From Chara braunii (Eukaryota > Plantae > Charophyceae): a stretch of 64,000 bases of DNA. The stretch is taken from assembly GCA_003427395.1 (NCBI GenBank), contig BFEA01000018.1, positions 3,177,461-3,241,460 on the forward strand. The letters are read 5' to 3'. Below, one piece after another: positions 1-13,429 of the stretch. Each line of letters begins with the position of its first letter. Position 1 is the first letter of the stretch. The translations under genes were made by a program, and so were the position numbers. The notes under the pieces were generated by a model. The model was not told the DNA's origin, did no database searches, and was given only the letters and a program-made list of their open reading frames with translations.

Positions 1-129
1 CAATCTGCCCTTGTTTTTTCTTTTTGTTTTTATTTTTATTTTTATTTTTGCATGTTATCACTGTGCCCGTTTTTTGCTTTTATTCTTTGTTCCGCAAAGT
101 GCGCTCTTTTAGTTTGTAGTGATGTGACA

Positions 130-318
130 ATATATATCGTCACAAACAGAACTGCCTGGTAAACCGTAGGCAGAGAGAGAGAAGAGGACAACAAACGAGG
201 GGCTGTGACAAACTGTTTCGTAAACTCCGACGAAACAGTTTGTCACAGCCCCTCGTTTGTTGTCCTCTTCTCTCTCTGCCTACGGTTTACCGGGAAGTTC
301 TATTTGTGACGATATATA
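130..318. repeat. Near-perfect palindrome (~90-bp arms, 8-nt loop aaactccg at 222-229), MITE/foldback-like
   Basis: atatatatcgtcacaaacagaact...aactgtttcgt (130-221) is the reverse complement of acgaaacagtt...tttgtgacgatatatat (230-318) with a few mismatches. Loop plus right arm recur at ~1144-1245. Confidence 0.85.
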
Positions 319-326
319 TATATATG

Positions 327-1085
327 AAGGGTTGCCGGTGTTCGGGACGGGCCGAACGCCCGAACGCCCGAACGTTTGGCACCCCCTCTCTACGCGTTCG
401 GCCGTTCGGCCGAACGCGGATCCCAAAAAAAAAAAAAAAAAAGAAATTCCCAAAAATCTGAAACAAATATATGTTATGCAGAAGAATAAACTAAACAACA
501 TTTGCCTCAACGTTATATCCAAATGCTTTACCAAATTTGAAATAAAAATCAAATACTAAAAATAAATAATAATAATGAAAATTAGAAAAAATAAAACGAG
601 AATTAAATTATTGAGTGGGCGAGCACGTTTTTGCCACCGCCATCGTTGGCGATTTTTCATTTTTTTTTGGCTGTGACAAATGCCATGAAAATTTATGTAT
701 GTGTATCTTACATAATAGAGAATCTACGAATAAAGTTTGAAAAAATAATAAATTGTTTTATGCCCCGAAATAAAGGACAAACAAAAAGTGAAAAGAGAGA
801 AAAAACAAATTTGTGAGTGGGCAAGCAAGTTTTGACACCACCACCTTTGAGGATTTTTCATGTTTTTTTGGCTGAACGGAATGACTTCAAAATTAAGCGG
901 GGGATACCTTACATCACAAAGAACTCACAAAAAAAAATTCAGAAAAAAAAATATATATTTGTGTGCCAAAATAGTTTTTTGCGGGGTCCGAACCCCTTCA
1001 AGTTCGGGCCCCGTACGGGGACCCGAACGCCCGAACGTTCGGGGGTTAGCTTAGGGGCCTCCGTACGTTCGGCCTGGCAACCCTG
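327..1085. mobile_element. Non-autonomous hAT-type DNA transposon, copy 1
   Basis: TIRs aagggttgccgg / ctggcaaccctg; 8-bp TSD tatatatg (319-326, 1086-1093); subterminal CCGAACG repeats at both ends; AT-rich non-coding interior. Confidence 0.8.
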
Positions 1086-1119
<34 letters not shown>

Positions 1120-1263
1120 TGTATATATACATATGAGTCGGTGAAACTCCGACGAAACAGTTTGTCACAGCCCCTCGTTTGTTGTCCTCTTCTCTCTCTC
1201 TGCCTACGGTTTCACCGGGCAGTTCTGTTTGTGACGATATATATGTATGTATATATATATATG

Positions 1264-2012
1264 CAAGGTTGCCGGCGTTCGGGACAGGCCGAACGCCCGA
1301 ACGTTCGGCACCCCCTCTCGATGCGTTCGGCCGTTCAGCCGAACGGGGACCCAAAAAAAAATAAAAAAAATAAAAAAAATAAAAAAATTCCAAACAATCT
1401 GAAAAATGTTATGCATAAGAATAAACTATACAACATTTGCCTCATTGTTACTTCCGAATTCTTTACCAAATTTGAAATAAAAATCAAATACCAAAAAAAA
1501 AATAAAAAAAATGAAAATTAGAAAAAATAAAACGAGAATAAAATTATTGAGTGGGGCGAGCATGTTTTTGACACCGCCATCTTTGGCGATTTTTCATTTT
1601 TGTTTGGCTGTAACAAATTCCATGAAAATGTATACATGTGTATCGTACATAATAGAGAATCTACAATTAAAGTTTGAAAAAACAATAATTTTTTTAATAC
1701 CCCGAAAAAAAAAAAAAAAAAAGTGAAAAGAGAGAAAAAACAAATTAGCGAGTGGGCAAGCAAGTTTTGACACCACCATCTTTGAGAATTTTTCATTTTG
1801 CTTTGTCTGGACAGAATGGCTTCAAAATTAAGAGGGAGATACCTTACATCACAAAGAACTCACAAAAACAAATTCAGAAAAAAATAGTAATATTTAGGTG
1901 CCAAAATATTTTTTTGCGGGGTCCGAACCCCTTCAAGTTCGGGCCCCGTACGGGGACCGGAACGCCCGAACGTTCGGGGGTCAGTTTAGGTACGTTCAGC
2001 CTGGCAACCCTG
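1264..2012. mobile_element. Non-autonomous hAT-type DNA transposon, copy 2 (tandem duplicate)
   Basis: TIRs caaggttgccgg / ctggcaaccctg; flanks tatatatg / tgtatatg; colinear with copy 1 and preceded by the same half-palindrome. Confidence 0.8.
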
Positions 2013-2021
2013 TGTATATGT

Positions 2022-4210
2022 ATATTCTTATTTTTTTATTTTTTCCCTAGAACCTCTTTGTTCTGGCTCCTATCATTCTGGGGAGCGACACTCCGGTTCC
2101 TATTCCGTCGGCAAGTCAATAGAAATTACATGGGTGACCCAGCTACGCTCCTCGTTATGGTTGAGAGGCCCGAGTGGGCAGCATTGATTACTTCTGATAG
2201 GAAGGATTTACCACCCCTCACCCCCGCCTAAGTTAGGCTAATATAACTAGGAAGGATGTACCCCCTCTCTCCCATATCTAAGTTAGCGTAATGTAGCTAC
2301 TCTTTTGTTGCGTGCCTCTATTGCCCAATCACAATTGCTTGTGGATTATGCCTCTGATTACTCCTCTCAGCTATGATGCTGTCCGAAACGCGTCTAAAAG
2401 TAGAGTGAGAGGCGTTTGTTGAACTATGTCGTGGTCTCTGAACCTGTGGACTCTTACCTCCTGCAGTGTATGTGGTCCCTGTCGATATATAGTTCTATCT
2501 GGTTTAAGTTGATGATCATATCTTTTAGCCTGGATCATTCTATTCTTATCCTTTGGAGCGTAACGTCGTGTGTGTTCGGCTTAAAACCTTACACACCCTC
2601 GAATGAGTTCTACCTGTATGGGTCCAGTTCGAGCGTAGATTAAACTCTAATTTTTGTTTGCACTTAATTAAGGGGTCTGTTTTCTCATATTAACTGTTTT
2701 CTTTTCCTTGCGTTTTTTGTTTCCGAGAGTTGGTTTCTTTTCCTGGCTCGAACTGTTGGTTTTTAGATTGCCTTTGTTTGTAGTATGATACCGGTTTCCT
2801 TCTTTGTCCCTAGCCGCTATGGAGTTTTGTGATCATCCCTTAATCCTGCGAGTTTGGTGTAACAGTTCTTAATTTCCTGTTTTTGTGCGACCTTCTTGGA
2901 TCCTTAGTATTCTTCGGCCTCGTGTGAACTTTCTTCATGTCCTTCCTCTGTGTCTTGCTGCTCTGTGTCTCACTTACGAAACTTTAGGTGTCTGTCTAGT
3001 AACCATGTTTCTTCTAACGCTTTCTGGCTCAACTCTCTATTTTTAGGATTTGTTTATCTTTCTTGTTTCCTGCGTTCTATTTTCCATTGTGCTCTAATTT
3101 ATGTTTCTACTATTTCCTTTGTCTCCCTCCATTCCTCATCGTTTGTTATTCTTTGGTTCCCTAGAGTTCCCTTGCATCTGGTTTTCCATATGACCCATAG
3201 TGTCGCTCTTCTCAATAGGTCAGCTATAGTTTTCTCCTGTTATGATAGGTTTCCTTCCCTGTCTCTTGTTGATAGTAAGTAGTTGGCTTGTTCAGGGTAC
3301 GGATTTGAGGAAATGTTGGTCCAGGTCGCCTTGACTGATCCCCGTAGAGTAGTTGCATGTGCACACTCTATCAAGCAATGGGTGAGCGACTCTACTTTGT
3401 TATCCCTGCACATTTTGCAGTGGGAGGAATGTTTTGTCCTCTGATCTTCTCTTCTGCGTGAGTCCGAGTCCAGCCATTCGTTGACTGGGACCGCCCAATA
3501 GAGAATCAGCCATTGTAGGCTTCTGAATCTAGGGGGCTTTAGACTACTACAATAATCCCTTGGAATTTCGGATGGCCATCCATGTTCTTTTCCTGGATGT
3601 TTGGTCCATCCTTCTTGATATGACTACGCGTGGGTCCTCTGTCTTGTTCCTTATTTTGTAACCTAGCTTTACTTCATAGTCTTGCAGATTGATTTTTTTT
3701 TCTTGCTCTTCCTCTACCAAGTTTAATAAACCACCCCCACTCTATTGGATCCACTTCCAACTCACGGATATCCTTGTTTGGTCTGAATATTAGTAGTTTG
3801 TCAGGTTTGTGTCCGCTACTTTGTGCTCATTTGTTCTTTTTTTGATTCCATGTTCTGGCTTGCCTCATGTTTTTTAGGTCAAACTCTAGCATTGTTATAC
3901 TCTCCTCTTTGATTTCCGCTATTGACTTGTGATTGTTCATTAGCTCGTGTACTTCGAACTCTGCGGTGTCGCTAAGGGTGTCTACTTTCTTAAGGAATTT
4001 GAGAGCTACGGAAGGTGTTGATTGTTGTCTGTCTGTTGCCCTGTTTCCTGCTTCCCATTTGATTTCGTTCTTTAGTAGGCCTCTCCATTCTAACGGTATG
4101 CTATCTAATATTTCCTCTCAATTCTGAGGTTGTCTTCCATCTTTGCTCTTCATCCAGCCATATGTGACCTATTTTCTAAATTCCCTTCTCCATCCATTTT
4201 CTCCATCTCC
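2022..4210 (-). mobile_element. Decayed L1-clade LINE 3' part (ORF2 C-terminus with zf-RVT zinc finger, plus downstream region)
   Basis: Minus-strand translation of ~3355-3530 gives RFRSLQWLILYWAVPVNEWL...CKMCRDNKVESLTHCLIECAH; T-rich tail at ~2022-2044; many stops. Boundaries approximate. Confidence 0.65.
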
Positions 4211-4429
4211 TACCTCTGGTTGCCAAGGACCGAGAGAAGATTAACAACAATCGTATTTTTCATCACCACTTCAGGAGACCCTTCACCACTTCAGGATTCA
4301 GCCTGCCTAAACAGGTCAATTCAGGGTCTTCGGATCCTGCACCACTTCAGGACCATTCAAGATTTTCATACTGCCTAAACTCTCACTTCATAATTTTCAT
4401 TTCTGAATTTTCAGCTACCCGTTAACCGC

Positions 4430-5003
4430 TTGTGCATTTCGGATGCCAGTCGAAAGGCTTCCATGCAAGGGTTTGAAAGGATGAGTTGTTGGCGCGGATG
4501 AGAATTGTGAGATTGTCAGCAAACATAAGTACAGTGGGGAGGGAGAAGCTGTGCAGAGGGCTGTAGTTACATTCTGTGAGGCGGTCGATCGACGGGTCTT
4601 TTCGAATGAAGGACGCTATGACCTCCATCATGAATAGGAAGATGGGAGGAACGAGGGGGTCGACCTGGCAGACGAATCTCGAGGTCGGGTAGGCATCGGA
4701 CAAGATTTTATTCACTTGGACTCTGGCAGTGGCATCACCATATAAGATTTTGACCCATTCCCTAAACTTTGGTCCCACTCCCATTTTTTCCATACACGCA
4801 TGTAGGAAGTCCCAATTAACTTGATCATAAGCCTTCTTGAAATCGAAGAAGAGGATCGCCACTTTCATTTTGTTTTTGGGTAATCTTTTTGGCCGCTTCG
4901 TTCAGAGTCATCACATTATCGAGTATGTACCGCCTTGGGATGAAGCTTGCTTGGTCAATGTGGAAGCATTTGTCAGTGGGGCTTATGATTTTGTTGGCCA
5001 ATG
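4430..5003 (-). pseudogene. L1-clade reverse transcriptase fragment
   Basis: ILFFDFKKAYDQVNW, VCQVDPL and MFADN motifs (ORFs 4422-4868 and 4825-5067, frameshifted); closely similar to 13438-13975. Confidence 0.9.
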
Positions 5004-6005
5004 TGCAAGGAAAATGAACAGAAGCGAGATGACAATATTCAGATTGCACAATCACATTGAAAGCCAAATCGTAACACGGTGTTCAGGAAGCAGCATTGCA
5101 CCAATATAACACCAATGGAAAATCGTAGCACTGAAAGTCAATGTCAATGAGAACTTGCTCCCGCCACCACCAATATATGTATCCAGTCTCTATCTCCCTA
5201 CTTGGCGCTCGGCGGCCAGCCTACTCCCTACACAACTACTACTGGCCTACTAATTGACAATGCAACTGTTGACATCAGCAGCACCCGAAGTACTTGAAGA
5301 TGTCGCCCATGCAGAACCATCGCCAGTACCAGTTATGTGCCCTCACATCATCATTATCATCATCCTTCTCTCTCCCCCTTGACTCTCTCCCACGTCTCCC
5401 TCTGTTGTACACCCGAAGACCACCCATGCGCCTCACTGTACATCCAAGCCCTTCCAGCTATGGTGTCTGGGCTATGGCTGCTGCCCTCAGCAGCGCCCTG
5501 CTCCCTGCACGACCGCACGTGCCTGCACCTCGCCGCTCAGCGCTAACAAGAAACCACGAGCTTCAGCTCCAGTAGCGTTGCCGCCAGCATGCGAGTGCCC
5601 GAATGCCTGGCCAGGCAGCGAGCTCTTTCCTATATGGAAAGAGCCTGCCTCATTCAGCAGCCTGTCTGGACTGGCCTGGGCCCTGAAGCTTGCGGTAGGC
5701 CCCAGGATGTTGTGCCTCTGGTGCAGCTACTGGGCCTCATTCAGTTGGGCCTTCCAACTGTCTGTGTATGAGGCTGCGAATCTCGCCCAGGGCCTGTGCT
5801 TTTGGAAAGGCCTAGAAGGCTTGGGAATTTCCACGCTGCTCGGCCTGTGTTTTCCTTCAACCAACTGGCGCGACGAAATTGCCTGGACCCCAAATACGAA
5901 ATTGATAGCAAGGGCCTCTCGTAATTTGTTTGGCCTGCCTTCACTTAGGGCGGGCACATTTGCTGCAGGGGCCCCTTAGGCCTGTCGAGGACCCAGATCC
6001 ACTCA
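5004..6005 (-). repeat. 3' LTR (~1.0 kb, TG...CA)
   Basis: Plus strand tgcaagg...ccactca directly abuts the PPT; homologous to 12806-13429, 19694-20612 and 40653-41646. Confidence 0.85.
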
Positions 6006-6017
6006 TTCCCTCCTCCT
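6006..6017 (-). promoter_or_regulatory. Polypurine tract
   Basis: Minus strand aggaggagggaa immediately precedes the LTR start tgagtggatc, ~30 nt after the pol stop. Confidence 0.8.
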
Positions 6018-6045
6018 GTACTTCAATAGTCCTTTGAGAAGTCTT

Positions 6046-9000
6046 CTATTCTGCAGGCATCTTCCCTTTGAGATCTCTTTCGTAGCCTGCAATGACGTGA
6101 GGTGCAGTTCTCATGAGTTCTTCTCTGGTGAACCACCGATCTTCGTTGGGGTCCAGATGATGTCTGAATCTGACTCGGTATTGCATTTTTGGCTTAGGAG
6201 GGCGGCCTCTGCCCGGTGGTCGAGGAACAGGCATCAGACGATGCTCCACGATTTGATCGATGTCCACTTCGCCATCCATGGTTGGGGGCAGCATTGAACG
6301 TCCTGAAGGAAAGTGTACAGTTTTTGCGAAAGGGGCCAGTTTGGATGCGTGAAAAACAGGGTGTGTCCGTAGATGAGGTGGGATGCGAATCACATAAGAA
6401 GGTCCATCCAACTGTTCCCCCACTATGTCCAAGACCTCCCAGGGACCGAAATATTGTGGCATTAGTTTCCTAGTTCCTGTCCCAGTTCGGATGACTTTAC
6501 CCAGACCCTTTCCCCTACTTGAAAGTTAGAAGGCCGTTTGTGTTTATTCTCAGATGCAATCATAGCATCCTAAGATTTCCTCATGTGCTCAACGGCCTGC
6601 TGCAACATTTGTTCGTATGTGACAACAAATTCTATGCTACCGGGTGCTGCAGTAGTCTGTTTTTCAGGTAATAGGAAATCGAGGGCGGAACGGGGCTTCC
6701 AACCAAGATGCATGGTTGGGAGTCATGCCAGTAGCACTATGTACTGCGTTGTTGTACAGGTTGGCGACGAGAGGTAGTTTCTCGTCCCAGTCATCCTGGC
6801 TTGGCTTAATGTAGTGCCTTAGTAAATGCTGCGCTACTATGTTCATCCGTTCCGCCTGTCCATTTGACTCAGGGTGATTCCCTGATGTCATTTGCAGTCT
6901 GGTTCCCATCTGTTGGGCCGTGTTCTGCCACAGTTCGCTCGTAAAGCGAACATCCCTATCACTGACGATAGACTTAGGTAAACCAAAGTCTCGTACTTGG
7001 TTGTCCATGAACAATCTGATGACATAGTCGGTTTTAGCAGTCTCTGGCATGGCGATCAGTCTTGCATACTTAGAAAAGCAATCTACTATAACGAAGATGT
7101 GTCTTTTCCCAGACCTGCTGGTCACAAGAATATCCATGAAGTCCATGGAGACACTCTGACCAGGACCTTCAGGAATCGGCAAGGGCTTGATGAGCCCAAG
7201 CGGAGCCTGAGTCCTAGGCTTGTCACGTTGACAAACCTGACAGGTTCCGACATACTTGTTGGCATCTTCCATCATAGAAGGCCACCAGAACTTTTGTACT
7301 AAGTTAGTTGAAGTTTTCCTATAACCGAAATGACCAGTTGCATCGTGACATTCCCCTTAAAAGAAACTACGCAAAGACGCACTACTGGGAACACAGTCTT
7401 TTACTCCCTGCCTTCTCAAGAAACAGCAAGCCATCCACCACTGTAGATTCATCCAAAGTCACTTTGTCCTTTGCTTGGAATTTACGAATGATCTCTAACA
7501 TAACTGGATCCAAAGTCACTTTGTCCTTTGCTTGGAATTTACGAATGATCTCTGACATAACTGGATCTTGCTGATAGGCTTCCACCAACGATCGAGTCAG
7601 ATCATTAGATATGCCAAATTCAGTTACTAGCGCGCCCAGGTAATCTNNNNNNNNNNNNNNNNNNNNNNNNNNNNNNNNNNNNNNNNNNNNNNNNNNNNNN
7701 NNNNNNNNNNNNNNNNNNNNNNNNNNNNNNNNNNNNNNNNNNNNNNNNNNNNNNNNNNNNNNNNNNNNNNNNNNNNNNNNNNNNNNNNNNNNNNNNNNNN
7801 NNNNNNNNNNNNNNNNNNNNNNNNNNNNNNNNNNNNNNNNNNNNNNNNNNNNNNNNNNNNNNNNNNNNNNNNNNNNNNNNNNNNNNNNNNNNNNNNNNNN
7901 NNNNNNNNNNNNNNNNNNNNNNNNNNNNNNNNNNNNNNNNNNNNNNNNNNNNNNNNNNNNNNNNNNNNNNNNNNNNNNNNNNNNNNNNNNNNNNNNNNNN
8001 NNNNNNNNNNNAAAAAAAAAAAAAAAAAAAAAAAGTATCTGGTCTCAACCATAGACCAGGGGGGTCCGGCGTTTTGGGAACGCCGGACCCCCAGGAGCAA
8101 AAAATTCCGACCGGACTTCGGCAAAAAAAGTCGGTTTTGATTTCGTTTAAAAAATATAATATGTCCGTTTTGACGAAATGGCTGTTTCACATAGAAAAAT
8201 ATGCCAAGGAGATAGTGTCTATAGTGGACCAGCTCTCGGTAAAAGGCGTAAAGCTCACACTCGTAGGTAGACCTGGCTAGTTTCTGAGACGACATCTTTT
8301 TGCTCATGTACTCGATAGGTCTCAACTTGGTCCCCTCCTTTTGCGCAAGGACCGCGCCTATGCCATATTGGCTAGCGTCTGTGGTCACTACAAATGGCTT
8401 ATCAGGATCCGGAAGTTTAAGAACCTCGTAGTGTGTTAGGGCATACTTCAGTTTCCTGAAGGCCGCTTCACACTCTTCAGTCCACTCTCACGGGGTGTCC
8501 AGTCGAGTTAGATCTGCTAATGGGGAAGCTGTAGTACTATAGTTCTTTACAAACGGACGATAGTAGCCCGTCATCCCCAAAAACGATTTGACCTCAGTAA
8601 CAGTCTGAGGTCTGGACCAGTCACGTATGCTGGCCACCTTAGCATCATCCGGCCTGAAACCATTTGCTGAGATTTCATGACCCACGTACAAGATCTTGGT
8701 GCGACCAAACTCGCATTTCTCCAAGTTAACCTTGTACTGGTGCTATCTTAGGAGACCTAGCACTATTTCCAAGTGCTCAGCGTGCTTCTTTGCAGTCCTA
8801 CTAAAGGTAAGAATATCGTCGAGGTCCACAACGATAAACTTGTCTAGTACTCATGAAATATCATGTTCATCGCGTGCTGGAAAGTACCAGGTGCATTGCA
8901 CAGGCCAAAGGGCATCACCACAAACTCGTACAGACCGTACCTGGTCTGAAATGCGGTTTTGTGCTGGTCCTCAGGTCTAATGGCAATTTGATGGTATCCA

Positions 9001-9900
9001 AACTTCAAATCTATCTTGGTGAAGTACCGGCATCCCTGCACTCTATCCAAGAGGTCGTCGATGCGGGGTAGGGGCTCCGTGTTCTTAACGGTGATGGCAT
9101 TGAGGCCCCTATAGTCAATGCACATCCTCAAGGTACCTCCCTTCTTTGGGACAAATAGAACTGGCGCACCGTAAGGGGAGGTACTAGGCCAAATCCATAT
9201 CTTTTCTGTGAGCTCCTTGAGCTGGCGGCGGAGCTCATCCAACTCCGTTGGAAACATCCTATAGATTTGTCCTCTAGGTACCTTACTCCCTGGGACAAAC
9301 TTTATTGCATGGACCACCTCCCTTTCTACCACGCCTGTGGGCTCCTTAAAAGGTCTGAATATGTTGCGACGACTGATTCTATCTCTGGGGGTGTTTTAAC
9401 GGCCTCCCCTTTCTTAGAGACAAAGACTAGATACATGCCCTCCTCGCCATTTTGTTTGCAGTAATAAAAAGAGAAAGCACACATGCAGCCGTTCTTCTCC
9501 ACTAGACTGCTAGCCTTATACTTCTACAGTCTAACGGTCCTACCATTTGGCAACTTGTGTATCAACACCTTCCTATCCCAATCAAACTGAGGTTGCGTGA
9601 CCTCGAGGTAGTACATGCCTAGTAGCATATCAAAGGGCAGTTCGTCGCTAACGAGGAATGAGATTTTATGCCTCACTTCCCCTCCTCCATAAGAGAAGGA
9701 ACAGACTACGTCCTTGACATAGTCTTTAACTACCATTTTGTGCTTGTTGGCTAGCGTAGAAGCTACAGTTCTGCTAGGCCGCTGCACTTGGTCCCCTAAG
9801 CGCAGTCTATCCACACAAGCACGACTGATGAAGTTTCACGTAGAGCCTATGTCTGTGAAGGTGCCAACTTTGCGGCCACCTACATCAACCTCTACCACGA
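6046..9900 (-). pseudogene. pol: Gypsy pol: protease, RT, RNase H, integrase, chromodomain (frameshifts, stops, gap)
   Basis: PR TDIGST; [13 protein letters not shown]...MPFGLCNAP with YLDD degraded to DLDD; RH TTDASQYGIGAVL; INT CQVCQ, SMDF, IVSDRD, GQAER; GPW motif; chromodomain IDQIVEHR...QYRVRF...DRWFT. In-frame 57-bp duplication at ~7451-7568. Confidence 0.93.
7647..8011. other. Assembly gap (others at 18241-19144, 26342-26821 and 34753-34806)
   Basis: N runs. Confidence 0.99.
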
Positions 9901-10149
9901 AATGTTCACCCTTTGGACCTCTACTGATCATCGCCCAAGAGTCTCTAGGGTCCTTTCCTGACCACTCAGTCTCTTAACTCTTCTAGGGTCTCAGACACAT
10001 CTCTCGAACAGAGCGTCGGTGGGTCTAAATATGTCTGCGGGGCGATACGTGGGTCACTAGCCCTGGCCAACGCCTGAAGCCGGGAAGGCAACGTTACCAC
10101 TTCAGCGCGTGTAAGAGCGGCTAAAACTCCTACTGGCCCGAGGTGTTTC

Positions 10150-11903
10150 CCTACGAAGTGCTCGCAGAAGCACCGCCAGGGTTCAAAGATAGTCCTACCA
10201 CCGTTGGAGAGGCTACCCTCGTTAGGACTTTCTTGCCTCGGCACGTTCGGGACGTGTGGCCATAGTTGCCACATTCATGCACGTGCCCCTAGCGACGGGG
10301 TCCCTCCACACCTCATAGTCTAAACCAAGTTTCACCCATGTGGGCGTTCCTTGGTCGCCCTGACCCGTAGACCAGCCTACCTTCTTCTTCCTGGTCCCCC
10401 TAGCCTTTTCTTTGATGGGTGCCACGACTCCCCCATCCGAAGCCTCGCTGGCCCCATCGTGCTGTGTCTCCTCCCCAAGGTCTGGGAAATCGTCAATTTT
10501 TGTCGCCTGACCATTGTGGTCGACGAACGTTAGTTGACCTTTCTTCTTCCAGTCCTGGGGTAGTCTCTTCTTCCTACTATCTCCCTGACTCTGATGCGCG
10601 GACCCCAGTTTTGCCTCTATATCTAAGGCCGCCTTGCTGAAAGAGGCGAAGTTGTGTTGTTCGACATACGCCTCATCTACCAACTTTGTCCTAACCTCTG
10701 AAGGTAGACATCTAAGTTAATCCGTGAGGAGTACCTGCTGGTCATAGCGCACACCAGGTGCCACGAGCAGACGCTTTACGGTATCCGTGAGCTCTCTAAC
10801 ATTCTTGTACCTTCTGGCACAAAGACTGTTGATCGCATTTGTGGCCTTTTGGGCCCCTTGCGGGTCATGCCACCTATTATACACGGACCGTACGAACTCT
10901 TCCAATGTCTGGGCTTGGGCCCAGGCATCGAAGTTCCGACTATAGCCCTGCTGTTGCACTAGGCCATTCAACCAGCGGGCTGCTGACCCCTCTAGAAAGG
11001 AGGCAGCCACTACAACTTCTTGCTCCGGCTTGGTAAGCTTGTGTCTCACATAAGTTGGCACCTTCCTTACCCATCCAAATCCTCATCCTTCTTCCTATCG
11101 CCGAAGAAGGGCCTAGGACTCAGCAATGGTATTTTGGGCATCCACTGCATAGGCTGCATTGGCCCAGGGGATTGCTGCAGTGGCTGCATAGCCACCGAAA
11201 CAGGTTGCTGCACACTAACCTGGACTGTAGTAACCACTGTCGTCGATGGTACGACTGAGACTCTAAGGACCGGACCACTAGTCGCCACATAACCACCTCG
11301 AGGGGGCATGCCAAACATAGGTGAGAATTAAGGCCCTACCGGCGACGGCGTCACTGATGGACCCGCACCCGAAGGGGGAGCTACAGCAAACTGAGGCTGC
11401 CTCATCATTGGACGAGGAGCCTGTAGTGCAGCCATAATTTGTTTCTGGCCTGCCACTAGTTCAGCCAACACCTCTTGCTGAACTACCTGCGTCTTTGCCA
11501 CACAAAAGAGCGAGTTACGCAACGCTCCCATCGCACGGTTAAGTGTTGATTCATCTAATGCTTCTAATCTGCTTAGCTCCTGCAATCTACTACCTATTCT
11601 AGCTTTTCTCATAATTGCTCTTCCTCTCCTCTCTGCTGCTTCATCCAATTGTCGTTGCAACTCATCCTGAAGTTCTTTTGATTGGAGGATCTCATAATCC
11701 TCCGGCGTGAGTTGAGCCTGTTGGCTAACTTGCAAGCCAGCACTCTGGCTAATGGAAACCCGAGAACCACTCCGACTAACTCCTGACGAAGTGGCCTGTG
11801 AAGAGGCCTGCGACATGGTAGAGGAAGTAGCCATGGTCGTACCGGTGCTAGCTGAAGTCCTAGACCTAGCATTGTCCTCAGCCACCCTCGCTCTTCTTGC
11901 CAC
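10150..11903 (-). pseudogene. gag: Gypsy gag (retrotransposon gag domain with N-terminal coiled-coil/low-complexity extension), frameshifted
   Basis: PRPFFGDRK...; ASFLEGSAARW; C-terminal RGTCMN knuckle remnant; ORFs 11328-11903, 11067-11318, 10717-11061 and 10222-10683. Confidence 0.8.
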
Positions 11904-12805
11904 TGTTCTCTCTCCAGCCTCTCTCTGCAGTCTCCTCTCGTCTCTTGGACCTAACTCGGAAAGTCAAAGGTCGACTGAGAGCAGTACTACGAGTAGTTCT
12001 ACGGTCATCCACTAACAACTCCTCCTCACTAGTGCTTGCATCACTCATGAGCTAGAGTGTGTGTGATCTAAACTAGAATCCACACTAAATCCTACCTCAA
12101 CATGACACACAACCGATTATGATACACAACTAACTTCGGTCGGCCTGGACAGAAACAGTTAGGTGGCTAGGTGTCACCCAGTGTCAGATCCTATAGGGAA
12201 TATTAAGTCTATTTTTAGATTACTCTAATACAGATTGCAATGCAACAAAGAATATTCTATTCTATCTGCAGTTGTCTGTCAGTTGTCAATCAAGTTTGTA
12301 ACAACTAAGTAATCAAAAATAAAAATAATGCTTCCTGCAGAGATGTATGCTGAATGGCTGTTTATGTAATTAATCCCACAGCGAACAGTTGTCGGAATCT
12401 AACCCTTCCCCTGTATCCCTCTTGAGTAGTTACTTTGTGTCGACGTACCTAGGGATCTGGTTCAGCAGCGTGTCTAAAGGTGTGCAATCCGGCCCACCCG
12501 TGTGCCCCAAGTCAACGTCGAACTTGCCAGCCCCTGCACATTATTTATCCTTGCATGCAACGAGCCTTACACCCGGTTTGATCTGCTGATCAGGAGGCAT
12601 TTAAGGAGATCCCCCGTAACTCCTCATGAATTATTTAACGTCGCAGATAGGATGACGATCACAGCCAGAATCAACATCGAGTCCCCGCCAGAAATATTTA
12701 AAGACGGTCTGGTAAGCGTCTGTTCAAAGGGTTGGCATGCCCTGCATGATCTCTATTACGCAGCAGCAGTACCAAGGACTTGCGGCAAAGCATGCGTGTA
12801 CTAGT

Positions 12806-13429
12806 CCTTGACTCTCTCCCACGTCTCCCTTTGTTGTACACCCGAAGACCACCCCTGCGCCTCACTGTACATCCAAGCCCTGCCAGCTATGGAGGCTGGG
12901 CTATGGCGCTGCCCTCAGCAGCGCCCTGATCCCTGCACGACCGCACGTGCCTGCACCTCGCCGCTCAGCGCTAGCAGCAGCCCACAAGCTTCAGCTCCAG
13001 CAGCGCTGCCACCAGCATGTGAGTATCTGAATGCCTGGCCAGGCAGCGAGCTCTTTCCTATATGGAAAGAGCCTGCCTCATTCGGCAGCCTGTCTGGACT
13101 GGCCTGGGCCCAGAAGCTTCCGGTAGGCCCCAGGATGCTGCGCCTCTGGTGCAGCTACTGGGCCTCATTCGTTTGGGCCTTCCAACTGTCTGTGTATGAG
13201 GCTGNGAATCTNGCCCAGGGCCTGTGCTTTTGGAAAGGCNTAGAAGNCNTGGGAATTTCCACGCTGCTCGGCCTGTGTTTTCCTTCAACCAACTGGCGCG
13301 ACGAAACTGCCTGGACCCCAAATACGAAATTGACAGCAAGGGCCTCTCGTAATTTGTTTGGCCCGCCTTCACTTAGGGCGGGCACATTTGCTGCAGGGGC
13401 CCCTTAGGCCTGGCGATGACGCAGATCCA
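12806..13429 (-). repeat. Partial 5' LTR (about 375 bp of its 3' end and the PBS are missing)
   Basis: Colinear with ~5377-6001. Confidence 0.85.

Larger units (their letters stand above)
5004..13429 (-). mobile_element. Ty3/Gypsy chromovirus LTR retrotransposon, decayed
   Basis: gag-PR-RT-RH-INT-chromodomain order on the minus strand, PPT, complete 3' LTR and partial 5' LTR. Confidence 0.93.

Noticed and set aside
240-2231. Lys/Phe-rich ORFs
   Set aside because: Read-through of A-tracts in non-coding hAT elements.
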